From the NCBI GenBank assembly GCA_030019025.1, contig JASEFR010000003.1, positions 19,885-83,884 of the forward strand: 64,000 nt of DNA. Reading direction: 5' to 3'. The notes beneath the pieces were generated by a model, which was not told the origin of the DNA, made no database searches, and saw nothing but the letters and a program-made list of their open reading frames with translations. Numbering within the stretch: the first letter of the stretch is position 1; each line of letters opens with the position of its first letter. This DNA comes from a bacterium (GTDB lineage Bacteria > Hydrothermota > Hydrothermia > UBA1063). The position numbers and the translations under genes are program-made. This document shows positions 7,753 through 17,423 of the stretch, piece by piece.

Positions 7753-10700
7753 AATTTTACCTCTTTGAGATGAGTAAAAATCCTGAATTGGGGTCTCTAA
7801 TTTTAAAGAAGCCCCAAGAAGCACCATTCATTGTTGTTCCCACTTCTGCTGGGTCCGGAAAGACCGAACTCCTTGCAAAGAGATTGGTATTTTTATTACT
7901 TTCAGAGTGTAATTCAAAGAATGACCTTAGGAAGTTCCTTGCTATCACCTTTACCAGAGAGGCTGCCAAGGAGATGAAGAGGAGAGTAGTTGAAATCCTT
8001 GGTGAGTTGAGGAAGGGCAATTTTGATAGATTCCCGGGCTTGGAAGAAATTTTTAAGGATAAATTGGCGGAGAGAGTAGGTAAAGTATATGACATTGTTC
8101 TTGAAAATTATCCTCGTCTTAGAATTGGAACTATTGATAGTTTTATGGAAAGGCTTAGACGTCTTCTCCTCCACGAACTGGGATTGAAATTTACTTTGAA
8201 AGTCCACTATGAAGTTGATGTGGAGGTATTAAATCTTGCGATAGAGAATCTGTTAAGGTCATCTAATCTATTTTCAGATTTCTTAAAGATTGTCGTTGAA
8301 CTTGCTAAAGATAGTGAAAGATTCGAATGGGATCTATTGAAGGCCTTTAATGAAAGGATAATTAAACTAAAAAGTGCGGAGGATAGGTTACTTTATGATT
8401 TGAAGCCTCATCCTCTCTTTGCTTCCATTCAATGGGAAGACCGTAAAATTGGTGAGGAAATTGCGAGGCTTCAAAATAGTATTCCAAATGTTAGGAAAAA
8501 AATGAATGAAAATGATAGTTTCCTGCAGCTACTGGAGTTCTTGGCAAGAGGAAATAATGCATATAGTTTTTCGAATATATTGTTAGGTAAAGCTGATTTG
8601 TATGAAAGGGTATTCAGGGGGCTGTTGTGTGCCTTTGGGGCTTATAATAAACTGGAGACAAAGATTGCAGAATTTTATGAAAGTTTTTATAAGCCTGAGT
8701 ACAGAAGGATACTCAATACCATGGGAATTATCACCATCTCCGATACCAGTAGGATAATGAGAGATTACATGTTAAACCCCGAAAACTACTGTGATAGGTT
8801 AATAAATTTTCTTTATGGTATAAATCATATTTTGATCGACGAATTTCAAGATACAGACCCACAGCAGTGGGAGATCTTGCTTTACTTAATAAAGGAACAT
8901 GTTCTTAGCTCAGGGGGAACACTATTTATTGTTGGAGATATTAAACAAGCTATATACGGTTTTAGAAAAGCGGATTACAAAATTATGTATAGCCTACTTA
9001 GCCAGGACGGTTACAAAAGATATGGACTTAATATGCCTCCCTTTGTTCCTGAGATTAACGACAGAAATTTTAGGAGTTCAGAGGCTATAGTAAAGTTCGT
9101 AAATGATGTTGTCTTCAAAGAGGATGCTTTCGAGTCTTTTCTCCAGAACGAAGTTAAGAATTTGCTTGAAGGCGTCATCTCTAAGCAAAAGGCAGAAGTT
9201 AAGGCCCAAAAGATAGTGGAGCGGTATCGAAACATTTGGATACCGATTAGACAAGTTGCGCAAAAAAAAGAGATAGGATATGTCAAAAATATTAAAATAC
9301 CTAAAACCGAAGGGGTAAGAAGTAAAAAAGAGAAACTTGACAAGATTCTCCCGTATATTAAAGAATTGATAACAGAACTACTCGGCGAGTTTACCCCAGG
9401 CGAGATCACAGTGATGGCGAGAGACAATGACATGGTTCTCCAAATAGCCAGCTTCATTGAAAGAGAATTGGCTCAGCCCGTAATTTGTTTTTCCTCTCTT
9501 GACATTAGGAGTCATAAAATATTGTGGGAGTTAATATCTCTGGTTAAATTCTTGATTGATGAAAAGGATTTAAAGTCTGCCTTCGTATTTGCTACAGGTA
9601 CCATAGCTCAAAAAGCGGTTGGAAAGGATACAGTAGAGCTTACACGCGATTTTTATGAGTTTGTATTTAGAAGGTTTGAGGCTGACAATGAGCTTACTCG
9701 ACTATTTAAGAGCTTGAAGGAAAAATATTCAAAATTTTATGAGAAAAAGTCTCTTGCAAGGCTATTTTCTGAATTATTATGCGGGTTTGAATTTTTGAAT
9801 GAGGATAGCTCGCGAGGTGCTATTTTGAGGTTTCTGAATTTTCTTTTTAATAGTGAATTAAGGGAAGGATATATCACAGTCGACAAAGTAGAGGAAATTT
9901 TTAATCAGTTTCTTGATAGTATGAGTAATTCTCAAGCTGAGGATTTATCTATACCACAAAAAACGGAAATAAATGCCATAAAAGTGATGACTTTTCATAA
10001 ATCTAAAGGGCTTGGATTTCCAGTTGTGATAAACGTTTTCATTGACTCGAAAGGCGGGGGCAATGACCTTTATTTTGACAAAGAACATAAAGAAAGATTG
10101 CTTTATCCTTTTAAAATGAAGAAAGATTACTTAAAGATTATTGATAGTGGATTGCTAAATAATGAACATACCAAGCGTATGATGGAAAGATACATTGAGG
10201 AGAAAATTGACGAGCTCGTACAGGAGATAAACACGATCTATGTTGCTCTCACAAGGGCTAAGAAGAGGTTGTATAATATTTATATGGAAGATACTTACTT
10301 CAAACGCTTGGTCGAAGCTGGGAAAGCTGATGAAAGGGTTTATGGTGAAATAATAAAGGAGAAGAAAGAACCGTTAATCGAAAGTTCAGAACCTCCTTTA
10401 ATAACCTTTTATAGAAGGAAAAATCTACCAAAGGTCTTTATTGAACCACGTCGTGAGGAATTTCAAACCACCGACTTGATTTCGCGATTGAAAGCAAGTT
10501 GGGTAGGAGATGCTGTGCATGAATTCCTTCGCACTATCGATTTTATAGAAATGCCAGAAGAACTTATAAAATACAGAGATAGGATGGTGGCTATCGCTGA
10601 CAAGTATTATATCGATTCATTTACAGCTGAAAAGATTCTGGGCGTTTTGGTGGACTTTTTTTCCAGAGATGGTAGAATTAAAATACTGTCCAATAGACAG

Positions 10701-10952
10701 GGGGGTGAACTCTACAGAGAGAGGGAAATAGGATTAATTGATGGAAGTTTTGAAAGAATTGACCGACTGATTGTTGGTAAAGATTTTGTGGAGGTAATTG
10801 ATTTTAAAACGGGGGAACCTAAAGAAGAGGATATAAAGCAAGTAAAGGGTTATATTAAGGTTTTGAAAAAGATTTTTACCGCTCACGAAATTAAAGGGTA
10901 CCTTGCTTATGTGTTTAATGATCAATTGAAGGAAGTGAGTGATGAGGAGTGA
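7749..10952 (+). CDS. addA: ATP-dependent helicase/nuclease subunit A (AddA/RecB-like UvrD-family helicase + PD-(D/E)xK nuclease)
   Basis: Helicase motifs I (SAGSGKT), Ia (ITFTREAAKEM), II (IDEFQDTD), III (VGDIKQAIYGFR), V (KGLGFPVV) and VI (VALTRAKKRL). The C-terminal nuclease motif GLIDGSFERIDRL...VEVIDFKTG is of RecB/AddA type. Confidence 0.8.
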   Translation: MKFYLFEMSKNPELGSLILKKPQEAPFIVVPTSAGSGKTELLAKRLVFLLLSECNSKNDLRKFLAITFTREAAKEMKRRVVEILGELRKGNFDRFPGLEEIFKDKLAERVGKVYDIVLENYPRLRIGTIDSFMERLRRLLLHELGLKFTLKVHYEVDVEVLNLAIENLLRSSNLFSDFLKIVVELAKDSERFEWDLLKAFNERIIKLKSAEDRLLYDLKPHPLFASIQWEDRKIGEEIARLQNSIPNVRKKMNENDSFLQLLEFLARGNNAYSFSNILLGKADLYERVFRGLLCAFGAYNKLETKIAEFYESFYKPEYRRILNTMGIITISDTSRIMRDYMLNPENYCDRLINFLYGINHILIDEFQDTDPQQWEILLYLIKEHVLSSGGTLFIVGDIKQAIYGFRKADYKIMYSLLSQDGYKRYGLNMPPFVPEINDRNFRSSEAIVKFVNDVVFKEDAFESFLQNEVKNLLEGVISKQKAEVKAQKIVERYRNIWIPIRQVAQKKEIGYVKNIKIPKTEGVRSKKEKLDKILPYIKELITELLGEFTPGEITVMARDNDMVLQIASFIERELAQPVICFSSLDIRSHKILWELISLVKFLIDEKDLKSAFVFATGTIAQKAVGKDTVELTRDFYEFVFRRFEADNELTRLFKSLKEKYSKFYEKKSLARLFSELLCGFEFLNEDSSRGAILRFLNFLFNSELREGYITVDKVEEIFNQFLDSMSNSQAEDLSIPQKTEINAIKVMTFHKSKGLGFPVVINVFIDSKGGGNDLYFDKEHKERLLYPFKMKKDYLKIIDSGLLNNEHTKRMMERYIEEKIDELVQEINTIYVALTRAKKRLYNIYMEDTYFKRLVEAGKADERVYGEIIKEKKEPLIESSEPPLITFYRRKNLPKVFIEPRREEFQTTDLISRLKASWVGDAVHEFLRTIDFIEMPEELIKYRDRMVAIADKYYIDSFTAEKILGVLVDFFSRDGRIKILSNRQGGELYREREIGLIDGSFERIDRLIVGKDFVEVIDFKTGEPKEEDIKQVKGYIKVLKKIFTAHEIKGYLAYVFNDQLKEVSDEE

Positions 10953-13833
10953 AAAAATTATTTTACTTGAGCCAAAGAATTTTCTCTCGAATCTTGCAGG
11001 ATATATTGTTGATAAATGTGAAGCGGGTGAGAAAATTGAAAACTTCATTTTTATTATGCCTAATAGGCGTTCCGGTGTGTATCTGAGATACTTCATCACT
11101 CAGAGAATCGGTAAACCAGTTGTTTTACCTATGATCTTTTCTATTGATGATTTCGTTGATTATCACTATGAAAACTTTATTAAGAGGGATAAAAAACTGA
11201 ATGAACCAGATGCCCTGTATGTCCTGTACGATCTCTATAAGGATTATCTTGATACAATGGTTTTCTGGGATTTTGTATCTCTCGGGAAAAGGATTTACAA
11301 CGATTTTGAAGAACTCAAGATTTATAGAAGGACGAAAGAAGAGATTCAAGCGGTATTAACGCACTTAGATCTGCCTGAAAACTCAAGGACCAGAATTTTG
11401 CTTGAGAATTACCCTGCAGTATACGAGACGTTCTATGACACCATTAATAAAAATGGGTTTTCTACCCGTTCTACGAGGTATTTCCTTACTGCTGAAAAGA
11501 TTGATTTGGAAAGGGATTATAAAGATTTTAGTGTGGTTATGTGTCTTCCCTTTCTTTTGACTGAGAGTGAAAAGTTATTTATTAATAGGGCGTTAGATTC
11601 TGAAAATTTCACGCTGGTTTTACAAGACTCTAAGTTTGCATTGGATGAATTTAGAAATCAATTTGGAGAGGATTTGTTTCCTTTAGCAGTTTCAACAGAG
11701 CACCCCTTGCTTCCTCAAGATTTGAGGGTTGAATTGATACCCACAGATGATGATATTTCCGAGATATACTTAGTTGCAGATAAACTGGCGAATGCCAATG
11801 TAAAAGAATTGAATTCTATTGATACAGCTATTATTTTGCCCGACTCTTCAAAGTTGGTTCCATTGTTAGAATTTGCGATTCCTGAAGGGGTAGATTTCAA
11901 TGTATCTATGGGGTATCCTGTTAAGTTAACGGGGTATTTTACTTTTTTCAAAGATTTACTGGAACTTTTGAACTTCACTCAGTATGACTCAGAAACTGAT
12001 TCGTGTTTAATTAATGTCAAAAAGCTAAAGAACTTTCTTGAAAGAAATTTTCAAAGCGAAGGCGTTAGCGATATCTTACAGTTTTTAAAAATTCTCGGGT
12101 CCTCAGGGTATTCGTTGATAAGTGACAAAATGACGCCTTTTTTAGTTGACAAGCTTATATTGAACGATGAAGATTCTAAGAAAAGAATGAAAGAATTTTG
12201 GGAAAACTTTTTAAAGGAATTTTGGATTCCAATTTTTTCTTATAAAACTTTTGCAGGTTTTGTAGATTTTCTGATAGATTTTCTCGGGAAAAAGGAAGGC
12301 AAAAGTTTGTCTCTCAATGTGGGTGAAGACATTGAAGGACTTCGGCAAAGCCTTTTAGAAGAATTGTTTGTTTTAAGAAACTCTTTGCTTTCGAACATTA
12401 CACAAGATCCTTCCAATGACAAAGTTGAAAATTTAAAAAATTTTGTCAGATTTGTTTTAGACTTCACTGAATATCTTTCGATTCCGTTGAAAGGTACACC
12501 CCTTAAGGGTCTCCAAGTCATTGGATTTCTGGAGACCCGACTTTTAAGCTTCAAAAGGGTAATTATAATTGACGTTCAGGAAGGAGTGTTAACACGAAAT
12601 TTTGAATATGATACTCTTCTCCCTTATGACTTGAGAGTAAAACTTAGAATTGATGATTTAGATTCTAAGAATAGACTCTCCCAATATCTTTTTTTCACCC
12701 TTCTACAGTCTTCAAAAGATTGCACGGTTATTTACAAAGACTCCAATTTTGATGAACCTTCACATTTAATTTTGATTTTGAAAGAGTATCTTGCACGGGA
12801 TGGGCGAGAAGTGGGATCAACTTCTCACAGGAGTTATTACACTCTTATTTCCACAGGGGGAGAAAGAAGATTCAACTTCGAAGATGGAATTAAAAAGAAC
12901 GCCAATATGCTTGAGAAATTGAAGAGAATTACTTATTCCTATACCCACTTGGAGACTTATCTCGAATGTCCAGTAAAGTTTGCTCTTACCTATGTTTATG
13001 GCCTTAAAGAGGACATACAGGATGAATACGATAGGAGAATTATAGGGACCGTTATTCACGAAGTATTACAGAGGTTCTTTTCCGCTCTTGATGGAAAATT
13101 CAAAGGAGATGATTTTGAAAAAAGAGGATTTTTTGAGGTTTCTTCTAAGGTTCTGGAGGAGGAATATCCAATTGAAACTCCCAGAATAAAAATTCTGAAG
13201 ACTGCAATTACCGAGAGATTGTGGATTTCTTTATCAAAGTTGCAAGGAAGACTGGAGGAAGAGATTAAAAAAAATGAACTCGGTGAGTTCGTTAAATATT
13301 ACACAGAAAAGGAACTTAATGCAACGGTAGAACTTGAAGAAGGAATTAGACTTAACTTTACAGGAAAAATTGACAGAATAGATATCTTCTCAAATGGAGT
13401 CATAATTATAGATTATAAAAGCGGTAGCTCCTTTCGGGATTACGAGAAAGGAGACAACCTGGTGGGTTTGTCTGAACGGTTGAAAAATCCAGGTGTCTTT
13501 GTGTCCGAAATTATTACAAAGCCTAAGATTCAGCTTCTTGTGTACCTTTGGCTGTTTAAAAATTCAAAGCTTGAGTTTGTTGAGCTCAACGGAGGCAGGG
13601 TTTATGCAACTATTTTCCCATTGTTAGGACTTAGTTCTAAGAGCCAATTTGAATTAATTGACCTTTCACAAAAAGAGGTTTATGTGGAAACTGATGTGCT
13701 AATCAAATCGTTGTTACATGAAATTCTTAACCCAGAGATAGATTTTTACTTACCATCAAACAAAAAAGAACTTTTAACAAGGTGCAGAAATTGCCCATTT
13801 AAGGTTGCTTGTAATACGTACATTATGCTGTAA
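10939..13833 (+). CDS. addB: ATP-dependent helicase/nuclease subunit B (AddB-like; degenerate Walker A, RecB-type nuclease with Fe-S cysteines)
   Basis: The C-terminal nuclease motif is GKIDRIDIFSNGVIIIDYKSG. The cysteine arrangement is typical of the AddB iron-sulfur staple: YLECPVKF upstream and CRNCPFKVAC (C-x2-C-x5-C) at the extreme C-terminus. The N-terminal P-loop is degenerate (MPNRRSG). The 14-nt overlap with addA indicates coupling. Confidence 0.75.
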   Translation: MMRSEKIILLEPKNFLSNLAGYIVDKCEAGEKIENFIFIMPNRRSGVYLRYFITQRIGKPVVLPMIFSIDDFVDYHYENFIKRDKKLNEPDALYVLYDLYKDYLDTMVFWDFVSLGKRIYNDFEELKIYRRTKEEIQAVLTHLDLPENSRTRILLENYPAVYETFYDTINKNGFSTRSTRYFLTAEKIDLERDYKDFSVVMCLPFLLTESEKLFINRALDSENFTLVLQDSKFALDEFRNQFGEDLFPLAVSTEHPLLPQDLRVELIPTDDDISEIYLVADKLANANVKELNSIDTAIILPDSSKLVPLLEFAIPEGVDFNVSMGYPVKLTGYFTFFKDLLELLNFTQYDSETDSCLINVKKLKNFLERNFQSEGVSDILQFLKILGSSGYSLISDKMTPFLVDKLILNDEDSKKRMKEFWENFLKEFWIPIFSYKTFAGFVDFLIDFLGKKEGKSLSLNVGEDIEGLRQSLLEELFVLRNSLLSNITQDPSNDKVENLKNFVRFVLDFTEYLSIPLKGTPLKGLQVIGFLETRLLSFKRVIIIDVQEGVLTRNFEYDTLLPYDLRVKLRIDDLDSKNRLSQYLFFTLLQSSKDCTVIYKDSNFDEPSHLILILKEYLARDGREVGSTSHRSYYTLISTGGERRFNFEDGIKKNANMLEKLKRITYSYTHLETYLECPVKFALTYVYGLKEDIQDEYDRRIIGTVIHEVLQRFFSALDGKFKGDDFEKRGFFEVSSKVLEEEYPIETPRIKILKTAITERLWISLSKLQGRLEEEIKKNELGEFVKYYTEKELNATVELEEGIRLNFTGKIDRIDIFSNGVIIIDYKSGSSFRDYEKGDNLVGLSERLKNPGVFVSEIITKPKIQLLVYLWLFKNSKLEFVELNGGRVYATIFPLLGLSSKSQFELIDLSQKEVYVETDVLIKSLLHEILNPEIDFYLPSNKKELLTRCRNCPFKVACNTYIML

Positions 13834-13899
13834 AATCTTTTTTAGAGGGAGGAGAGGATGTGGTTGTTGTTACCCTTTTTAGTAATTTGGGAGGTAAGG

Positions 13900-14481
13900 A
13901 TGATTAAACTTCCTGAGCCGAGAAGGGATAGTAATTTTTCTTTGGAGAAGGCAATTAATGAAAGGAGATCGGTAAGGACTTATAAAGATTCTTCCCTAAC
14001 TCTGAAAGAAGTGGCTCAACTTCTCTGGGCAGCCCAGGGCAAGGTTAAGAGTGGAAAGAGGGCAACCCCTTCTGCGGGCGCGACCTATCCCATGGAGATT
14101 TATCTTATCGCAGGTAAAGTAGAGAATTTAGAACCAGGGCTTTATAAGTATAATCATGATGAGCATTCTCTGCAACTCGTGAAAGCGGGTGATCTTAGAA
14201 GGGAAGTTTCTGAAAGAGCACTCAGACAGGATATGATTTTGAAAGCGCCAGTTACAATTGTAGTCTCAGCGGTTTTCGGAAGAACGAGGGCACGATATGG
14301 GGCAAGAGCGGAAAGGTACGTGTATATGGAAGCTGGTCACATTGGTCAGAATATATACTTACAGGCAACGGCACTGGGCCTCGGCACTGTGGCTGTGGGA
14401 GCCTTTATCGATGAAGAAGTTAAAAGGGTCCTTGGTATAAAAGAGGAACCTTTGTATCTATTCCCCGTCGGATGGAAGTAG
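13900..14481 (+). CDS. SagB-type dehydrogenase / nitroreductase-family protein
   Basis: Nitroreductase-fold motifs (RRSVRTY, TPSAGATYPMEIY, EAGHIGQN). The start was moved to MIKLPEP, which is preceded by a GGAGGT RBS. Confidence 0.6.
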   Translation: MIKLPEPRRDSNFSLEKAINERRSVRTYKDSSLTLKEVAQLLWAAQGKVKSGKRATPSAGATYPMEIYLIAGKVENLEPGLYKYNHDEHSLQLVKAGDLRREVSERALRQDMILKAPVTIVVSAVFGRTRARYGARAERYVYMEAGHIGQNIYLQATALGLGTVAVGAFIDEEVKRVLGIKEEPLYLFPVGWK

Positions 14482-14543
14482 GGTAGGGTTTGTTAATATG
14501 CAATAATAACAGAACATTAAGGCGTGCAGAGGAGGTTTGTGAA

Positions 14544-14873
14544 ATGATTAGATTTTCCTACATTCTTATATTGCTTTTAGGCCTATTTGCTCTTTCTTGC
14601 GAAAGAGATCAACTAACGGTAGAATATGTTGTATCAGGAAAGTCTTCAAGTGCATACACTATTACATTTGTCTCAAATGCGGCTGGTGAAACTTCTGCAA
14701 TTATAAATGCTTCCCTCCCGTGGAATTATGCCTTTACTGCTGATAGAGGTGATACCGTTTATATTAGTGCATGGAGTTCTGATTCCGTAAAAGTTCAAAT
14801 TTTTGTTGATGGTGACCTTAAAGCAGAAGATTGGGATGATAATGTTGCCGAAGCCCGCTGCGTAGTTGAGTAA
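14544..14873 (+). CDS. small lipoprotein, hypothetical
   Basis: Signal peptide plus lipobox (LFALSC). A GAGGAGG RBS sits 7 nt upstream of this internal ATG. No other motif recognised. Confidence 0.4.
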   Translation: MIRFSYILILLLGLFALSCERDQLTVEYVVSGKSSSAYTITFVSNAAGETSAIINASLPWNYAFTADRGDTVYISAWSSDSVKVQIFVDGDLKAEDWDDNVAEARCVVE

Positions 14874-14898
14874 ATTTTAAAATTTATTTAGCGTCGGC

Positions 14899-16332
14899 TC
14901 ATTCTTTCGTATATCTTACTTTGGATAGTTTAACCGCCAGTGCGTCGTCCAGTCTCTTTACCGGTGTGGTATGAGGAGCGGTTTTCAGGATTTCAGGGTT
15001 TTTCTCTGCTTCTTCTTTTATTTGAAGCAAGACTTCTACAAATTTATCAAGTGTTTCCTTGTTTTCAGTCTCTGTTGGCTCAATCATTATCGCTTCAGGC
15101 ACAATTAGAGGGAAATAAATTGTCGGTGCATGCATGCCAAAATCCAGAATTCTTTTTGCAATATCCAGTGTCCTTACCCCATATTTTTTGAATTCCTTAC
15201 CAGACAATACAAATTCGTGCATGCAGGTGCTCTTGTAAGGTAGTTCGTAATGGTCCATTAGTTTCTTTCTTAGATAGTTGGCATTCAAAACGGCGTCTTC
15301 GCTAACTTTCTTTATATATTCCCGACCAAGCATTCTGATGTAGGTGTAAGCCCTTATTAAAACAAGGAAGTTTCCATAAAATGAGTGAATTTTCCCTATG
15401 GAATCTGGGTAGTTATAATCTAATTCATACCCACCATTTATTTCTACTATTCTTGGCACGGGAAGATAAGGCTCTAAGAATTTTTTCACACCTATAGGAC
15501 CACTCCCTGGACCTCCTCCACCGTGAGGAGTAGAAAAGGTCTTGTGTAAGTTAAAATGCATTACGTCAAATCCGAGGTCTCCCGGTCTTATGTGCCCTAT
15601 GAAAGCATTTAAATTGGCACCATCCATGTACATTAGACCACCCACTGAGTGAACCAGGTCAGAAATTTCGTGGATTCTATTTTCAAAAATTCCAAGGGTA
15701 TTTGGATTTGTTACCATAAAGCCTGCTACTTCTTCATTCAGGTGTTTTTTCAGGTCCTCAACGTCAATTCTCCCGGTCTCATCGGATTTTATTGTGATAG
15801 CTTGATAACCAGATAGAGTAGTGGACGCAGGATTGGTTCCATGAGCCGAGTCTGGTATCAAAATATATTTTCTCGGATTTCCTTTCTTCTCGTGGTACTT
15901 TCTAATTATTTTTATACCAGAATATTCACCATGAGCCCCTGCTGCTGGCTGAAGGGAAATAGCATCCATACCACTAATTTCGGCTAATAAATATTCCAGT
16001 TCTTTCATTAGTTTCAATGCACCTTGAACGGTTTGGGGTGGTTGCAATGGATGAAGATGGGTAAAACCTGGAAGGTTTGCAGTATGTTCGTTAACTTTGG
16101 GATTGTATTTCATTGTGCAGGAGCCAAGTGGGTAAAATCCTTTATCAACATGATGATTTAGTGTAGATAATGCAATAAAATGCCTTACAACCTCATTCTC
16201 TGCCAGCTCGGGAAGTTTTGGTTCCTCTTTTCTCATATATTTTTCAGGGATAGAGATATTTGCGGTTTTTTCAAACTTTTTAATTGTGAAACCGGTTTTT
16301 CCGGGCTTTGAAATTTCAAAAATTAGTTCCAT
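14899..16332 (-). CDS. gcvPB: glycine dehydrogenase (decarboxylating) subunit 2 (glycine cleavage P-protein, C-terminal subunit)
   Basis: PLP-lysine region HFNLHKTFSTPHGGGGPGSGP, which is highly characteristic. The 477-aa length is typical. Confidence 0.9.
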   Translation of the reverse strand: MELIFEISKPGKTGFTIKKFEKTANISIPEKYMRKEEPKLPELAENEVVRHFIALSTLNHHVDKGFYPLGSCTMKYNPKVNEHTANLPGFTHLHPLQPPQTVQGALKLMKELEYLLAEISGMDAISLQPAAGAHGEYSGIKIIRKYHEKKGNPRKYILIPDSAHGTNPASTTLSGYQAITIKSDETGRIDVEDLKKHLNEEVAGFMVTNPNTLGIFENRIHEISDLVHSVGGLMYMDGANLNAFIGHIRPGDLGFDVMHFNLHKTFSTPHGGGGPGSGPIGVKKFLEPYLPVPRIVEINGGYELDYNYPDSIGKIHSFYGNFLVLIRAYTYIRMLGREYIKKVSEDAVLNANYLRKKLMDHYELPYKSTCMHEFVLSGKEFKKYGVRTLDIAKRILDFGMHAPTIYFPLIVPEAIMIEPTETENKETLDKFVEVLLQIKEEAEKNPEILKTAPHTTPVKRLDDALAVKLSKVRYTKE

Positions 16333-16346
16333 AGATATACTCCTTT

Positions 16347-17300
16347 TTACCCAATTTTGTACTTTTTAATGGTGCTAATTAAAGAATCAATAACATCTTT
16401 TTCCGAACCTTTTAAGGTACACCCTGCAGCATTAAAGTGACCGCCACCTCCAAAGGTTTCTGCCACTTTTGCAAGATTAACTTTATTTTTCCCTCTTAAA
16501 CTGATTCTCCAAACTTGGTTATCTACCTCTACCATACTAATTCCAACGATGGCTTCATCAATGGACAGAGGATAGTTTACAAATCCCTCTGTCTCCGATC
16601 TGTCGAGTCCAAATTCCTCAAGGAATTCCCTTCTTACCGAAATTATACCTACTTGTTCTTTCACTGTAATCGTTGATAGGGCTTTAGCAAGAAGTTGGAG
16701 GGTTTTTAACTTTTTCCGTTCATAAACAAGAGAGGCAATATCGGTTACATCTAAGCCATTGTTAACCAAATAATATGCATCCTTGAAGGCCCACTTGAAG
16801 CTGTTTGAGTGTCTGAAAGAAGATGTGTCTGTTAGCAGTCCAGTATAAAGGCAAGTTTTAATATCTTTGTCAATCTTTGATGAATCATATTTTTTCATAA
16901 TCTTCATAATTAGACTCGTTGTACTTGGGGCTTGGGGTATGATTAGGTCGTAATTTGAATAGATTTTACCCGAAATATGGTGGTCAATCCTTATTATCTT
17001 TTTGTCAAGTGGCTCCGGGAATCCGGTTCTTGAAAATTCACTGGCATCAATAAGAAAGATCAAGTCCAGATCGTGAGTCATTTCTTTTCTAATTTCATTT
17101 ACCCCTGGCAAAAAATCAAGAAAATAAGGAACATTGTCTTTAAGAAAAGGAATCGCCTCTTTCCCTACCTTTCTAAGAAAAAGATAAAAAGCCAATAGAC
17201 TTCCTACCGCATCACCATCGGGGTTTAAATGGGATACTATTCCAATTTTACCATTTGTAGCTTTTAGAAGTTCCACTAAATTTATAACTTTTTTAGTCAT
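16347..17300 (-). CDS. nrnA: bifunctional oligoribonuclease / pAp phosphatase NrnA (DHH-DHHA1)
   Basis: DHH motif (IDHH) and DHHA1 GGGH motif (GGGGHFNAAG). Length is about 315 aa. Confidence 0.8.
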   Translation of the reverse strand: MTKKVINLVELLKATNGKIGIVSHLNPDGDAVGSLLAFYLFLRKVGKEAIPFLKDNVPYFLDFLPGVNEIRKEMTHDLDLIFLIDASEFSRTGFPEPLDKKIIRIDHHISGKIYSNYDLIIPQAPSTTSLIMKIMKKYDSSKIDKDIKTCLYTGLLTDTSSFRHSNSFKWAFKDAYYLVNNGLDVTDIASLVYERKKLKTLQLLAKALSTITVKEQVGIISVRREFLEEFGLDRSETEGFVNYPLSIDEAIVGISMVEVDNQVWRISLRGKNKVNLAKVAETFGGGGHFNAAGCTLKGSEKDVIDSLISTIKKYKIG

Positions 17301-17423
17301 TTTTAAAATTTTATGGCAGACTATAAGTGTATTCCAGTTTTTAAAAATATCTCGAGGCTATTAAAAAAGTTTGTTGAATCTCTTTATTTAGGGGTATATT
17401 ATTGTTCTACGAAGGAGGTTGAT

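Noticed and set aside
14874-14898. AAATTTTAAAATTT palindrome between the convergent genes 14544-14873 and gcvPB
   Set aside because: It is a pure AT palindrome with no GC stem and no U-tract. At most it is a weak bidirectional terminator and may simply reflect AT-rich composition.
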